Positions 37,564 through 50,257 of a stretch of DNA of 64,000 bases are shown in pieces. Made by a program: the position numbers and the translations under genes. How positions within the stretch are numbered: position 1 is the first letter of the stretch; each line of letters begins with the position of its first letter. The stretch comes from Guillardia theta CCMP2712 (lineage: Eukaryota; Protista; Cryptophyta): assembly GCF_000315625.1 (NCBI RefSeq), contig NW_005434664.1:229236-293235 (forward strand). Reading direction: 5' to 3'. The notes beneath the pieces are model-generated. The model was not told the origin of the DNA. It was given only the letters and a program-made list of their open reading frames with translations, and ran no database searches.

Positions 37564-40072
37564 ATGCGCGCGATTCTCCTGTGCGCGGCGATGGCCGGCG
37601 CCGCCGCCTTCGCCCCCGCTGGCCAGAGTCCTCTCATGCGGCGCCAGAGCACCTTCCATGGTGCACAGGCTCCCTCCGCGTCCTCTCTCAAGCTGGGAAG
37701 CTCCGTACGCCGCACTCCCCGCCTCCGCGCTGCTCCATCTGTCCAGATGAACACGGCCACCGGCAGGTAGGATCATGTGAAAACATAACTGTAATGCCTT
37801 CGTGCCATGATGTCGATCAATATTTTTTGATGCTCTCCTTTCCTTCTACGCTATTCATCAAGGATTGTTTGTTTCATCCGACTTTCGTCGTGAACTTGTG
37901 TAGTTCGTACGAATCAATTCGCTCGGATGTTTCACAACGAGACCTTTCTAGTGCATGCTTGCTGACACTCGTCAATGCAGGAAGACTGCTCTTGATCGCT
38001 ACCGCAACATCGGTATCATGGCGCACATTGACGCCGGCAAGACCACCACCACCGAGCGTATTCTCTTCTACACCGGAAAGTCGTACAAGATCGGAGAGGT
38101 TCACGAGGGAGGAGCGACAATGGATTGGATGGCGCAGGAGAAGGAGCGCGGTATCACCATTACCTCTGCTGCCACTACCTGTTTCTGGAAGGATCACCGC
38201 ATCAACATCATCGACACCCCCGGTCACGTTGACTTCACCCTTGAGGTCGAGCGTTCCCTCCGTGTTCTTGACGGAGCTGTTGCCGTGTTCGACGGAGTTT
38301 CTGGAGTTGAGCCTCAGTCGGAGACTGTGTGGAGGCAGGCGGACAAGTACGGTGTCCCCAGGATGTGCTTCATCAACAAGATGGATCGCATTGGAGCCAA
38401 CTTCTACAAGGCTGTCGACTCTATCATCGAGCTCTTGGGAGCTACCCCTCTCGTTCTCCAGCTTCCCATCGGCATGGAGTCTGACTTCCAGGGAGTCGTC
38501 GACCTGGTGCAGATGAAGGCGATTGTGTGGAACGGCGAAGAGCTCGGAGCCAAGTTTGACGTTGTTGACATCCCTGCTGAGCTCAAGGACAAGGCCGCCG
38601 AGTACCGCGCAAAGCTCGTGGAGCAGGCCGTGGAGCTGGACGATGATGCCATGATGGCGTACCTCGAAGGAGAGGAGCCTGACGTTGATACCCTCAAGAG
38701 GCTCATCCGCAAGGGAACCATCGAACAGAAGTTTGTTCCCATCGTTACTGGAACTGCGTTCAAGAACAAGGGAGTTCAGCCCCTCCTCGATGCTGTTGTC
38801 GACTACATGCCTTCCCCCCTCGACGTTCCGCCCATCCAGGGTATCAACCCCAAGGACGAGAGCCCCATGGAGCGCAAGTCGTCTGACGAGGAGCCCTTCT
38901 CCTGCCTTGCCTTCAAGATCATGAACGATCCGTTCGTCGGCTCGCTCACCTTCACTCGTATCTACTCTGGAGTCATGAGCAAGGGAACCAGCGTCCTCAA
39001 CTCTGTCAAGGGCAAGAAGGAGCGTATCGGCCGTCTCCTCGAGATGCACGCGGTCGACAGGACTGACCTCGACGAGGCCCGTGCTGGAGACATCGTTGCC
39101 CTCATCGGCTTGAAGGATACCACCACCGGAGACACCCTCTGCGATCCCGAAAAGCCTGTTATCCTTGAGAAGATGGACTTCCCCGAGCCTGTGATCAAGG
39201 TTGCTGTCGAGCCCGCCTCTAAGAAGGAGCAGGACAAGATGACTGAGGCTCTCATCCGCCTCGCTGCCGAGGACCCCTCCTTCCGTTTCTCCCGCGATGA
39301 GGAGTCTGGCCAGACTGTGATCGAGGGTATGGGAGAGCTCCATCTTGAGATTATCGTCGATCGCATGAAGAGAGAGTTCAACGTCGACTGCAACGTTGGT
39401 GCCCCCCAGGTTTCCTACCGTGAGGCCATCACTCAGTCTGCTGAGATCGACTACACGCACAAGAAGCAGTCTGGTGGTTCCGGACAGTTCGCCCGTGTCA
39501 AGATAAGGTTCGAGCCCCTTCCTGACGGTGAGACCGGCTTCAAGTTCGAGAGCGAGATCAAGGGAGGATCTGTCCCCAAGGAGTACATCCCCGGTGTGAC
39601 GAAGGGTCTTGAGTCTGTCATGAACAACGGTATCGTTGCTGGCTTCCCTGTCATTGGCATTAAGGCCGTTCTTCTTGACGGAGCTTACCACGAGGTCGAT
39701 TCCAGCGTGCTGGCCTTCGAGATCGCCGCTCGTTCGGCCATCAAGCAGGGTCTGTCGAAGGGGAAGGCAAGGTTGATGGAGCCCATCATGAAGGTGGAGG
39801 TGATCACTCCCGAGGACCACATGGGCGATGTGATCGGAGACATCAACTCTCGTCGTGGCCAGATTGGCAACTTGGGAGAGCGAGGAAACATGAAGACCGT
39901 CAAGGCCTTCGTCCCCCTCGCCGAGATGTTCCAGTACGTGTCCACCCTCCGCGGCATGACCAAGGGACGTGCGCAGTACTCCATGGAGCTGGATCACTAC
40001 GAGCTTGTGCCCCCCAACGTTGAGAAGGACCTCATGGGTCAGTTCAAGCGCAAGGAGGATGATGATGATTAG
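37564..40072 (+). CDS. fusA: Plastid-targeted elongation factor G (exons 37564-37766 and 37981-40072)
   Basis: [30 protein letters not shown] and [11 protein letters not shown] motifs. Exon 1 encodes a signal peptide, the AAA-FAP motif and a Ser/Arg-rich transit peptide. The intron is gtagg...aatgcag. Confidence 0.97.
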
Positions 40073-40376
40073 ATGTAGGGCTCGTCTGTTTGCGAGTAAA
40101 ATTAGACCTGTGACAAGACTGTTTGCACACTTTTATTTTCTTGCAGCTTTCAACCTCTTGAAACGAAGGAGAAGATGCATCCTTGTACCCCTTGGTTGCT
40201 CTGAGAAACCACTGCGTGACAAATCTTTTCCATGTCATCGATTGTACCTGCATGTTCCTCAACACAGCTTGCACTCTGCCGATCGTCTGTGTCGGGATCA
40301 CCTGGTTGTACAGGGTGTGGTGAGACGAGGGTCAGCAGACCAACTCAGCTCACCGCTAGCAGTTCGTTCATGGGTA

Positions 40377-41575
40377 TCAGGGGACGGCAGTTGAAGGCTT
40401 GCAAGGCCCTGTGCTCGACGTCAACGGACGGCACAAGAGCAAGGAGGATCGACGACTTTGAGTTTTCGTTTGCAAGTTTCCTGGGCTCTGCAGAGGAAGC
40501 AAAGGAATGTGTGAGCACCGAGAGGGAGAGGGAGTGGGAAGGGCAGAGGAAAGAGGAGAGGGAAGGGAAGATGGGGAGGGGAGGAAAGGGGAGAGGGGGG
40601 GAACAGGGAGAGGTCGACCTTGCTGCTTTCTTGCTTTCTGCGAATGATACTCTGTCGCCATCTGCTGTAGCCGATTTATGCTGGTCAGCCGCCGCTTGTT
40701 CGAGTCGGATAATCTGTTGAGATTGCTGGGTATCGTTTGTTTGCTGCTGTTATCTACATCTTTCAATTTCTTGTCTGGCACGGTTGCGCTCTTGCAATGA
40801 TCTAAGTTTTCAAGCTTCCTCTTGGCTCCGCACGAGCTCCCTTCCCCCTTGACCGCCTTCACTGCCTCGGCTTTGTGCGTGCCCTTTGCCTTCGGGTTCC
40901 TCGAGTTGCTCGCTGACGGCGAGCCCTGAGAGCATCGGATGAGTCGGAGAAAGCGAGGGGGCAGAGAGCACAGACACCTCGTCCTCTGACAGAGGAAGGA
41001 AGTCGTCAAAGTCTTGCAGCAGGTCATGGTGGCCTCGGAAGAGAACCTTAACCTGTCGCCAACAGTTGGTATCGCTGCGCGAGTTCAGATTCCTCGCACC
41101 TGCTTCTTCGCTTCATCTAACGACAAAGAGTCCTCCTGGAACTTTCCGAGGATGCTGACGAACTTTTCCATGATGCCGGGTTTAGTCTGCTCGAACCTAT
41201 CGCGGATCTTCTTCACCAGGTCAAGCGCAACCAAGTACTTCTCAGTCTTGATATGATGCTCCACCGGAAGGAACAAGTTGAACCCAACGATCAGCGCGTT
41301 CGACTTTCCCGAGAAGATCTTCTTTATTCGCTTCACCACCAGTTGCGTCGAGATCCTGCAAGGAAAGTCAGCCGCGTGCCGTCTCGCCGCCCTCCTCGTC
41401 CGGTCACTGACTTTTGATGCTTGAACTCCTCGATTGTCTCCAGAAATTCGGAGAACTCGTTCTTAGACAGCTCTTTCTCCACCGCATGAAGGTAATCCAT
41501 CGCTACATCCACCGACGGCCCTGCCTTCATGTGGTCTTCCACCCCCTGCGAGCGCTGCGCCGCTACCGAAGCCAT
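40377..41575 (-). CDS. Small protein with two PAH (paired amphipathic helix, Sin3-like) domains
   Basis: AMDYLHAVEKEL...EFLETIEEFKHQK|ISTQLVVKRIKKIFSG...LIVGFNLFLP, then LDLVKKIRDRF...FVSILGKFQ...VKVLFRGHHDLLQDFDDFLP. Confidence 0.85.
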
Positions 41576-42426
41576 GGCCACAAGCCCCGCTCAAGTTGAC
41601 TCCTGCCTAACGTTCTCACGAGTCAGGGGCGGACAGAGCAAGAGGAGGGAACAAAGAAGGAGGGTAGACTTTGCACAGCTGAGAACTGTACAGGAGGGCT
41701 GTTCCATATGTCTTGAGGATTGACATGCATATCGTGGAAACAATCTCTACGACCCAGTCTACCTCCACACTCTAATGCTGGACTCTCAGGTCTTGCACAG
41801 ACTCGTTAATATCATCCCTCCTCCTCCTGCTCATTCGCGTCCTCATCGCCTTTGAGGCTCTGATCCCCAGCATTCTGCTGCTACAGTGACAAGCTTCCTC
41901 GATGTTCCGCCGTCCATCATGCGGAGCTGCAGGCTCTCCTGACTCTATAGACATCGCAACTGGCATAGTCGCATAGTTTATCCATCATCCTCGTTGTGAC
42001 TGTCACTGCAGTCCCCTCCCTTCATTCTAAACCAATCCTCCGATGGCGCTACCCAGCCCCCCCAGCGCTCTCCCTTCTTCCACATCCATGGCATTCCAAC
42101 CATCCAATGTGGTTTAGCCACGTTTCTGACATTCCCAACATCATAATCTTTCCTCTTCTGCTCAACAAAATCCTGATGCTGCTTCTGCCCAACCTACCAT
42201 CATTCAACCCACATCTTTGTTGCTTCTCCGACTATTTTCGTCTGCTCTATCACCATCATATGTATGGCACAGTCCAGTCGACTGCAAATCCTCTCCTTTT
42301 CCCTTCTCTCATATTTTCTATAGCTTCGTCCTCTATCTTGGACTCCCTTCCCCTCCTCCTCCTCCTCCTCTTCCTCCATCTCATCTCGCATCTCTCGAGC
42401 CCTCCTTACCGCCTTCCTTTCTGGGA

Positions 42427-42462
42427 CCCTACCCCTACCCCTACCCCTACCCCTACCCCTAC
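42427..42462 (+). repeat. (CCCCTA)n microsatellite
   Basis: Directly visible, about six units. Confidence 0.9.
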
Positions 42463-43610
42463 GCTTCCTCACCCCACTACGGACTACCCCACCCAATGAG
42501 CACCCTGCTGCCCGTCTCAAGACCTCACTACCCCCGAATCACCCTCACCCTCCCAAGCATCAATGAATTCCGACACCCTACCCAATTGAATACTCGCTAT
42601 GTACCATGTTCCAGGTTGAAATATCCCTACAGGAATTGAGTACCCTACCCATACAAAGTCATTATTCTAAAATACCACCCCTGATCATGATACCACCCCA
42701 ACTCACTAACCCCGTCTTCGTAACTACCCCACCCCCAGGGATGATTCTGCAGCCCCTGTTCAGCAAAAGAGAACAGAAGTTGACTAGGAGAAAGGAACTG
42801 CCCCGGGGTCCTGACTCCTAGGACGCCTCAGGGTGATCCTATGAGGTATGTCGACTTTATATAGTATCTCAATTATGAAAATGTGGAGATGGTGAGGGCA
42901 AGGGAGGGAGACTTTTGGGTGTTCGCTGCCCTTTGGACTCACAACTATTGAACGTAACAGTTTTCCTCTGCCTTTAAATTTACAACAGAATTTGTAGGAG
43001 ACAAATTGAGGCAGACTTGAATTAAATAGTCAGAGAATCTCCTTGTTGAGCAATAAAATTATTGAGTAAAGATATTTGAGTGAAAACGTGTTCTGTGACA
43101 ATGGAGGGAGGAGAGGGAGGGAGAGGGGCAGGAGGAGGGAGAGGGACGTAGGGAGGAAGAATGTTGGCGCCGAGTTCTTGAGGACTTGGCATCATAGGAT
43201 GAGGATGGGATCGTGGATGACAGATGGACAGAGAGAGAGCTCGGATAGTGAGCGGGGGAAGCCTGATGAGACGCAGATTGAGATTGAGGTAGCATGCGAG
43301 AGATTGAGTGGAGATTTCTGCATCCTGGATTGGATTTGGCTGGATGAGAATCGAGACGAGGAGAGGAGGAAGCATTATCAGAAGCAAGTAATCGTATACG
43401 AGGTATACAAAAGCATGTGTGGGGAGATTTCAGGTTTGCATCGGTTTGAGGGTTTGAAGTGGATGGGAATGATATGAGAGAGTGAAGGGGCAAGATAAGT
43501 TGGAGGATAGGAGCTCTCATAACTGGATTGAACTATCACGCTGGAGATAAGAATACAACGCGTTTCCTGCTTCTGCTCTTCACTCGTTCACTTTCAACAA
43601 CCCCCCCCCC

Positions 43611-44395
43611 NNNNNNNNNNNNNNNNNNNNNNNNNNNNNNNNNNNNNNNNNNNNNNNNNNNNNNNNNNNNNNNNNNNNNNNNNNNNNNNNNNNNNNNNNN
43701 NNNNNNNNNNNNNNNNNNNNNNNNNNNNNNNNNNNNNNNNNNNNNNNNNNNNNNNNNNNNNNNNNNNNNNNNNNNNNNNNNNNNNNNNNNNNNNNNNNNN
43801 NNNNNNNNNNNNNNNNNNNNNNNNNNNNNNNNNNNNNNNNNNNNNNNNNNNNNNNNNNNNNNNNNNNNNNNNNNNNNNNNNNNNNNNNNNNNNNNNNNNN
43901 NNNNNNNNNNNNNNNNNNNNNNNNNNNNNNNNNNNNNNNNNNNNNNNNNNNNNNNNNNNNNNNNNNNNNNNNNNNNNNNNNNNNNNNNNNNNNNNNNNNN
44001 NNNNNNNNNNNNNNNNNNNNNNNNNNNNNNNNNNNNNNNNNNNNNNNNNNNNNNNNNNNNNNNNNNNNNNNNNNNNNNNNNNNNNNNNNNNNNNNNNNNN
44101 NNNNNNNNNNNNNNNNNNNNNNNNNNNNNNNNNNNNNNNNNNNNNNNNNNNNNNNNNNNNNNNNNNNNNNNNNNNNNNNNNNNNNNNNNNNNNNNNNNNN
44201 NNNNNNNNNNNNNNNNNNNNNNNNNNNNNNNNNNNNNNNNNNNNNNNNNNNNNNNNNNNNNNNNNNNNNNNNNNNNNNNNNNNNNNNNNNNNNNNNNNNN
44301 NNNNNNNNNNNNNNNNNNNNNNNNNNNNNNNNNNNNNNNNNNNNNNNNNNNNNNNNNNNNNNNNNNNNNNNNNNNNNNNNNNNNNNNNNNNNNNN
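43611..44395. other. Assembly gap (N)
   Basis: Run of n. Confidence 1.
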
Positions 44396-44972
44396 GTGAC
44401 CGCTCTGTTTCATAGCACACTTGTTTGAAGAATAACAAGCCCTGCCTCGGATGACTCTTGTTGTTGACACAGAAGGCATCCAACATAAAATGCCTTTGAG
44501 TCCAACGTGATTGAAAAGGCAGCAACCCCGTCGGGGATCCATGAGCTATGCAAGCGAGAACGAGGCGCGCGAGGAGTGAAGAGGAGACGAGCCAAGAGGA
44601 GGAGAGCGCGAGGTTGGGGGAGAATGGGGAAATATCTGTGAGATTGGATAAGAGAGGCTAGGAGGAGGTGTGATCAGAGACAGGCTCATGTGACGTTGAG
44701 GGAAAGTCCGATCCTGAACTCATGTTGAACTAGTACAGAACATCTGCAATGCTTATGGACAGTCACGGTCTGACTTGTTGCATTGCTTGACAGAAAGATG
44801 CGGTTATCCCGCATGCTCCTTCACTTATATCTCATCGGCTCCGCGTCGTCGTTTCATGTCACCCCTCATCCCCCCCCCCCCTCCCTCCCCCGGTATCGTT
44901 TCCCTCTGTCTGATGTTTCTTCCCTCTCCTCCTCCACCTGGCCTGACTCTCCTCATAGTCTCTGCAGGGAGC

Positions 44973-45838
44973 ATGATCATCTGTCTCGGACCCATCTGCT
45001 TTCCCATCTGGCACATTCTACCAGTCCTCTTCCTGCTCTTCGCAAAAGCAAGATCCGTCTTCTGTTGGCTGTTCGGGTACCCCCAGCCTGGAGCGGAGGA
45101 AGGCAAGGACAAGATCGAAGGAGGAGACGAGGATAAGAATGTGGACGGGGCTGTTAAAGCTGAGGAGGACGGAGGGAACGATACAGGTTTGCGGCAGCGG
45201 AAGAAGAACCCTGAGGTGCTCAAGGTTGAGTCCACGGAACACTGGGAGCGCCTGCTCAAGGTCAGATGAACCCCCCTCCTCTTCTCCGCTCCCCCCCCTC
45301 TCCCTCTCCCTCTCTCTGTCCCCTTCCCTTTTGCAGATTCGGACTCTCCTTCCCCTCTGTATCAATCTTGCTCTCCTTCTCATCCTCCCTGCTACTCTTC
45401 TCATCTTGGTTGAGTCATCTCCCCTCTGCGGCTTGTCTCTTCCTCAGTCTCCTCTTCCCTTCGTCTGTCATCCCTCCACCATCCTCCTCCCTCCCTTCCT
45501 CTCCCTCACCCCCTTGGCTCTTGTCCATCTCCGCTCCATCCCCTCCTCTCACCCTCTCCCAGGAGTCCAAGGACATGTGCGAGCCCCTCGTCGTCGACTT
45601 CACCGCGCGGTGGTGCAAGCCCTGCAAGCAGGTGGCCCCGTTCTTCGAGGAGCTCAACAAGAAGCACCGAGGCATCTTCGTGAGTGTCGATGTTGACGAC
45701 CTGGACGCTGTGGCTGCGGAGGCTGGAGTGACGGCCATGCCGACGTTTCAAGTCTACAAGAGGGGGAAGAAGGTGAAGGAGGTAACGGGAGCGTTCAAAG
45801 AGGACCTGGAGAACCTCGTTGTCTCCCAGTGCACCTGA
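44973..45838 (+). CDS. Thioredoxin with an N-terminal hydrophobic anchor (exons 44973-45260 and 45563-45838)
   Basis: VVDFTARWCKPCKQVAP...VDVDD...GVTAMPTFQVY, with N-terminus MIICLGPICFPIWHILPVLFLLF. The GT-AG intron is phase 0. Confidence 0.9.
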
Positions 45839-45999
45839 AGGTCCGGCCAGGGGAAGCGATCTCGATGCTGCTGTCATTTCTCGGGCAGGAGGAGGAAGAG
45901 AGCAGCGGAGACAAGGAGCCTGATGGACACGCAGCCTCCCCCGTAGGGTGTGACCAACATGTAAAACTCTCAACTTGTAATCAATGAATCGTAAACCAG

Positions 46000-48900
46000 T
46001 CTCACTGCGTCAGAGTCCCTTCTCTCATGTTGAGCTTCCTCCGCAAACTGCTCAGGTTTGTGTTGCCATGCGTATATACATGTCTGTCCAGGTGAGGCGT
46101 GTTCCTCTTGATGACATGTCAGTGCTGGCACATCGGATGCACTTATCTTACCTCTTGGAGACTCTTCCGCAGCCTCTCCAGCTCCTTCTCTGCTGCCTCC
46201 TTGTCTGCTACAGCCGTCTGCAGCTCTCGAACCATCTCCTCCTGATGGAACTTTGCAGCCTCACTCTTCACATGATGGAGCATCACGGTCTGCGGTCAGA
46301 GTGAGCATGGAAAGATCCTCCCTCACCTTCTCCCTCATCACCTTCTCAAGCTTGTTCTCTACGATGTGCAAGCTCTTGTAGAGCTCAGTGATGGTCTTAT
46401 CCATGAGAACAGCCGTCTCGTCAACGTACTTGCTCGCCTTCGCCTCCTGGTAGCTCAGAGCTCGTCTGGCCATGGAGGAGGACAAGGAGGAGGAAAGGTT
46501 GGTCTTCTGGGGAGATCGGGTGCGGGTTTGTCGACGAGACAAGTCTGCGCTTGAGGTTTGACCAGCAGTGGCAGGGCGAGAGAACTTCTCTGCCTGCGCC
46601 TGCTTTCCACTCTCCTTCCTCTTGTGCCCTGCACCCCCGTTCGCCTCCGCCGCCTCCTCCTCCTCCTCCACGTTGCGAGCGGTGTGGGGCCTGTGAGGAG
46701 CGTCAGGTTGGAGGGATCGGCTGCTCCAGCAGACCTGAGGCGCTTTGAGAGGTGCAGCCTTGACCCCTCCCACCCGTCTGAGGGCCTCAAGTCTTCGACC
46801 TCCATCCTGCGATCCAGGGACGCGCCGGTCCGAGCCCCCAGCAGGCGCTCCTGCGCTGCTACTCCTGCGCTTGTGCTTCACCGGCAAGCAAGAGACGGGC
46901 CTGCTGTCACCTAACTTGAGCTCGAGGGTGCTGAGAAGCTTGTGGAAGTGCGGCTTGATGAAGACAGAGGTCAAGTCATCGCATGTGATGGAGTTCAGCT
47001 CCGTCAAGGATTTCCTGCCAAGAGCTGTAAGAGCACGGGAGGAGGCTGGGAGGAGAGGGCTGGGAGGAGAAAGGCTGGGAGGAGAAGGCTGGGAGGAGAG
47101 GGCTGGGAGGAGAGGGCTGGGAGGAGAGGGCTGGGAGGAGAGGGCTGGGAGGAGAAAGGCTGGGAGGAGAGGGCTGGGAGGAGAGGGCTGGGAGGAGAGG
47201 GCTGGGAGGAGGAGGCTAGGAGGAGAGGGCTGGGAGGAGAAAGGCTGGGAGGAGAAGGCTGGGAGGAGAGGGCTGGGAGGAGGCTGGGAGGAGAAGGCTG
47301 GGAGGAGAGGGCTGGGAGGAGAGGGCTGGGAGGAGAGGGCTGGGAGGAGAGGGCTGGGAGGAGAGGGCTGGGAGGAGAAAGGCTGGGAGGAGAGGGCTGG
47401 GAGGAGAAAGGCTGGGAGGAGGAGGCTGGGAGGAGAAGGCTGAGAGGAGGAAGGCTGCTCGTCTCACCTCGATCTGCAGTCATTCGCGATCTCATTCACG
47501 AGTCTCGCCACTGAGATGCCCTCCAGCCCCAGCGAGTGCAGCCCCTCGATGAAGTCGTTGCGAAACCAACCCGAGCCAGCCGTCGGTCGGCATCTGCCCG
47601 CCAGTTTGTTGAACACTTGCCTCACTCTCTTCGCCGTTGCCTCGTAGTCCTCCCGCTCTGACGCGCTCCCCTCCCCGTTCACACCGTTTGTCTTGAGCGA
47701 TCCCTCCTTGTCGGATCTCTCCGTCGTGGAGCTCGACTTGGAGGAGAGGTAGGAGTGAGGGCGAGAGAAGGGGGAGAAGAAAGGGCTTCGAGGATCGAAG
47801 GAGTGCCTCCCCCGCTGCTCCAGGCTCAGCCGCGAGCGGATCTCCTCCTTGCTCTGCGACAGAGACACCTGCTCCCAACCCGCGCTGGACAGCGTGAAGT
47901 TGGCGGCCCCGCAAGGCCCCAGCTTGATCCCCAGCATGTCTCGGAAGCACTCGAGGTGGCCGATGCAGATGATCTTCACCTCCTGGCGACTGACGACCCA
48001 ACGCAGGAAGCGCAGGATCCTGCGAGCAAAGTCAAGAGGACGCGGGGGAGGAGCTGTGGGCGCGGAAACCTCTCTGAGGACAGGAAGTTGCCCTTCCTCT
48101 GCTTGTCGTACCAGTCGTCGGGCAGCAGGCTGAAGTCAACTGCAAGGAACGAGATCAAGAGGAGCCAGCGGGTGGAGAGAAGGCCACCCTGACCTTCAGG
48201 GAACTGAGCAGACAGCAGGTGGGCCGGATGGCCGGTGTCGCAGGGCCCGGAGCTTATCTCTTGTAGGTCAGGATGAGCGATGGCAGTCACGCTGGGGAAG
48301 TCAGGGATGCTCCTCATGATCTCCATCAACTGCCACGTAGAGTTTCACTCGAGCTGCATGCGTGTCATCAACAGCCACACCGCTTGCGCTGTTTGCAGTG
48401 TCCTCCGCAGCGGCGAGACAACGACGAGCTGTGCTCTCTGAAGAGAAATCGTGTCGGGGATGCGTCAAGAAAGGTTCAGCACCACCTTGTCTTTGCCGTT
48501 GAAACCAAGCGCATCTCTCAAGATCGCCAAATGTCTCAGACCTCTTGCCTGCAGAAACGTGAGATATCAGACGTGCACGTTGGGGCGACGAAAAGAGAGG
48601 AAGGATTGGCATGAGAATGAGCATGAACATGCAAGGAGGGAGAGGAGGAGAAGGAGAGAGGAGGAGGAGGAGGGAGAGGGAGAGGAGGAGGGAGAGGAGG
48701 AGGAGGAGGAGAAGGAGGAGGAGGAGAAGGAGGAGGAGGAGAAGGAGGGAGTGGAGGAGGGAGAGGAGGAGGAGGAGGGGGTGCAGACGAGGGTGGAGGA
48801 GGAGTGAAAGGATTTTGTCAGGGCAGGGAAGGAGAGCTCCTAACGACTCACTTGACTCCAACCATTCTCGGTGAGAACGGGGTCACGGGTGCCCCAATCA

Positions 48901-49119
48901 GCGAAGCTGTTGTGCTCTGCCTCACCATGGCTTGCGGTGGTTCGCGTCAGTTGAGCGCATTTCTGCGCCGCATGCCCATCACCGGATGAAGATGACGCTC
49001 TTCGGGGCCGTCAGCTTCGTCAGGAACTGAGAGGCTGAAACTCTGATGGGTGAGGTAGAGTCACAGTCGCCGACGTCGAGCCGCAGCAGTTTGCCGATCT
49101 GACTCTTCCTGTAGGACAT
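46000..49119 (-). CDS. Histidine-phosphatase superfamily (phosphoglycerate-mutase-like) protein with a C-terminal extension and coiled coil (multi-exon)
   Basis: Spliced SVIFIR|HGEAEHN...RDPVLTENGWSQ|ARGL, LVVVSPLRRTLQTA, PDLQEISSGPCDTG, VDFSLLPDDW and IICIGH. Later 'VRQVFNKL...DFIEGLHSLG' is weakly EF-hand-like and is followed by a heptad-rich end. Both ends are approximate. Confidence 0.8.
47040..47445 (+). repeat. 14-bp minisatellite (gggctgggaggaga)n in an intron
   Basis: Directly visible tandem array between a minus-strand donor at ~47467 and an acceptor at ~47015. Confidence 0.95.
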
Positions 49120-50157
49120 CGGAGCCGAGCGCAGCTGGTCTCGTGCTCAGCTCTTGTGCGTCGAGCTCCAAGGTCGCTACGAGTGTTCAGGGCTGGTGAT
49201 GGCTGGAGACGAAAGGCGGGTGGTAAGGACACAAGGAAGAAGAAGGAGGAGCATCTGAGTACCTGAGGCTTCTGAAAACATTGAGATTACAGTTCAATCG
49301 GTCTAAAACAAGGTCATCAGGCATCCAGCCATGGAGGTCGGCCCTGCTCCTGGCACAAACACAATCAGGACCTTGTCTGCATGGAATGAATCTTCATGCC
49401 ATCCACATAACCAACACAGTTACAGCCCGAGCAGGCAACTTCAAGTTGAGTATCTATCATTGTACCATGATGCCGCCGGTTCAATCAAAACACAACAAAA
49501 GCTGGGAGATCACATTGAAAGGTAAACAAACATCTTACAACAGTGGAAGCCATGGTTGACTTTTCTTACCAACATCTTCATGCACACCCGGTGATTGACT
49601 GAGCTCATTTGACACTCAAGGACAGACTCGCTCTCCGGCGAGACCGTCAACCCGACCGACCATCATCATCATCATCTATCTGAGTAGTGAAACTTGAAAG
49701 CCTCCCGGCTGCACCTTCACCCCTCCTCGCTTTCTCCGCCCGCGGCAGTGTCACTATGCCATCATGGATGGCGCCATCGGTCCGTCCGGATACTGATGAT
49801 TCCCTCCAAAAGCTCACTTCGAGCCAACGGAAACGGCCCAGCTTCTCACTGGCTTCCGACTCATGGCAGGCCCTGAGCGGCGGGGCACCCGGGCCGCCCG
49901 GCCCGCCTGGCCCAACTCAGGGCCTTTACTCCCGAGTCCGACAAAGTTAACCGTTGAACTGAGTAACTTCAATGATATCAGTACGCCGGAGGACAATCCG
50001 ACTGAGGAGAGTCCGGCGCCGAGGCCCGGCGGCCCTGAGGCCGAAAGTTGCCACCCGTCCGTGCCGATATCCGACGTCCCGCGGGGTCGCCGGGATGATC
50101 AGTCGCCGGGGCCGGTCCGAACCGGGGCCCGGCGATCCGCGGCTCCAGACGGGGCCC

Positions 50158-50257
50158 NNNNNNNNNNNNNNNNNNNNNNNNNNNNNNNNNNNNNNNNNNN
50201 NNNNNNNNNNNNNNNNNNNNNNNNNNNNNNNNNNNNNNNNNNNNNNNNNNNNNNNNN
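50158..50257. other. Assembly gap (100 N, unsized)
   Basis: Run of n within a GC island. Confidence 1.

Noticed and set aside
37874-39997. 707-aa antisense ORF
   Set aside because: Shadow of the strongly codon-biased EF-G gene, with no motifs of its own.
42427-42462. (CCCCTA)n as a telomere
   Set aside because: Short and interstitial, one of many hexamer microsatellites here.
43076-43477. 133-aa ORF beside the gap as a transposon fragment
   Set aside because: No diagnostic motif could be recognised, so a call cannot be supported.
46745-47514. Repetitive ORFs (GLGGEGWEERAGRR)n
   Set aside because: Translations of an intronic 14-bp minisatellite.
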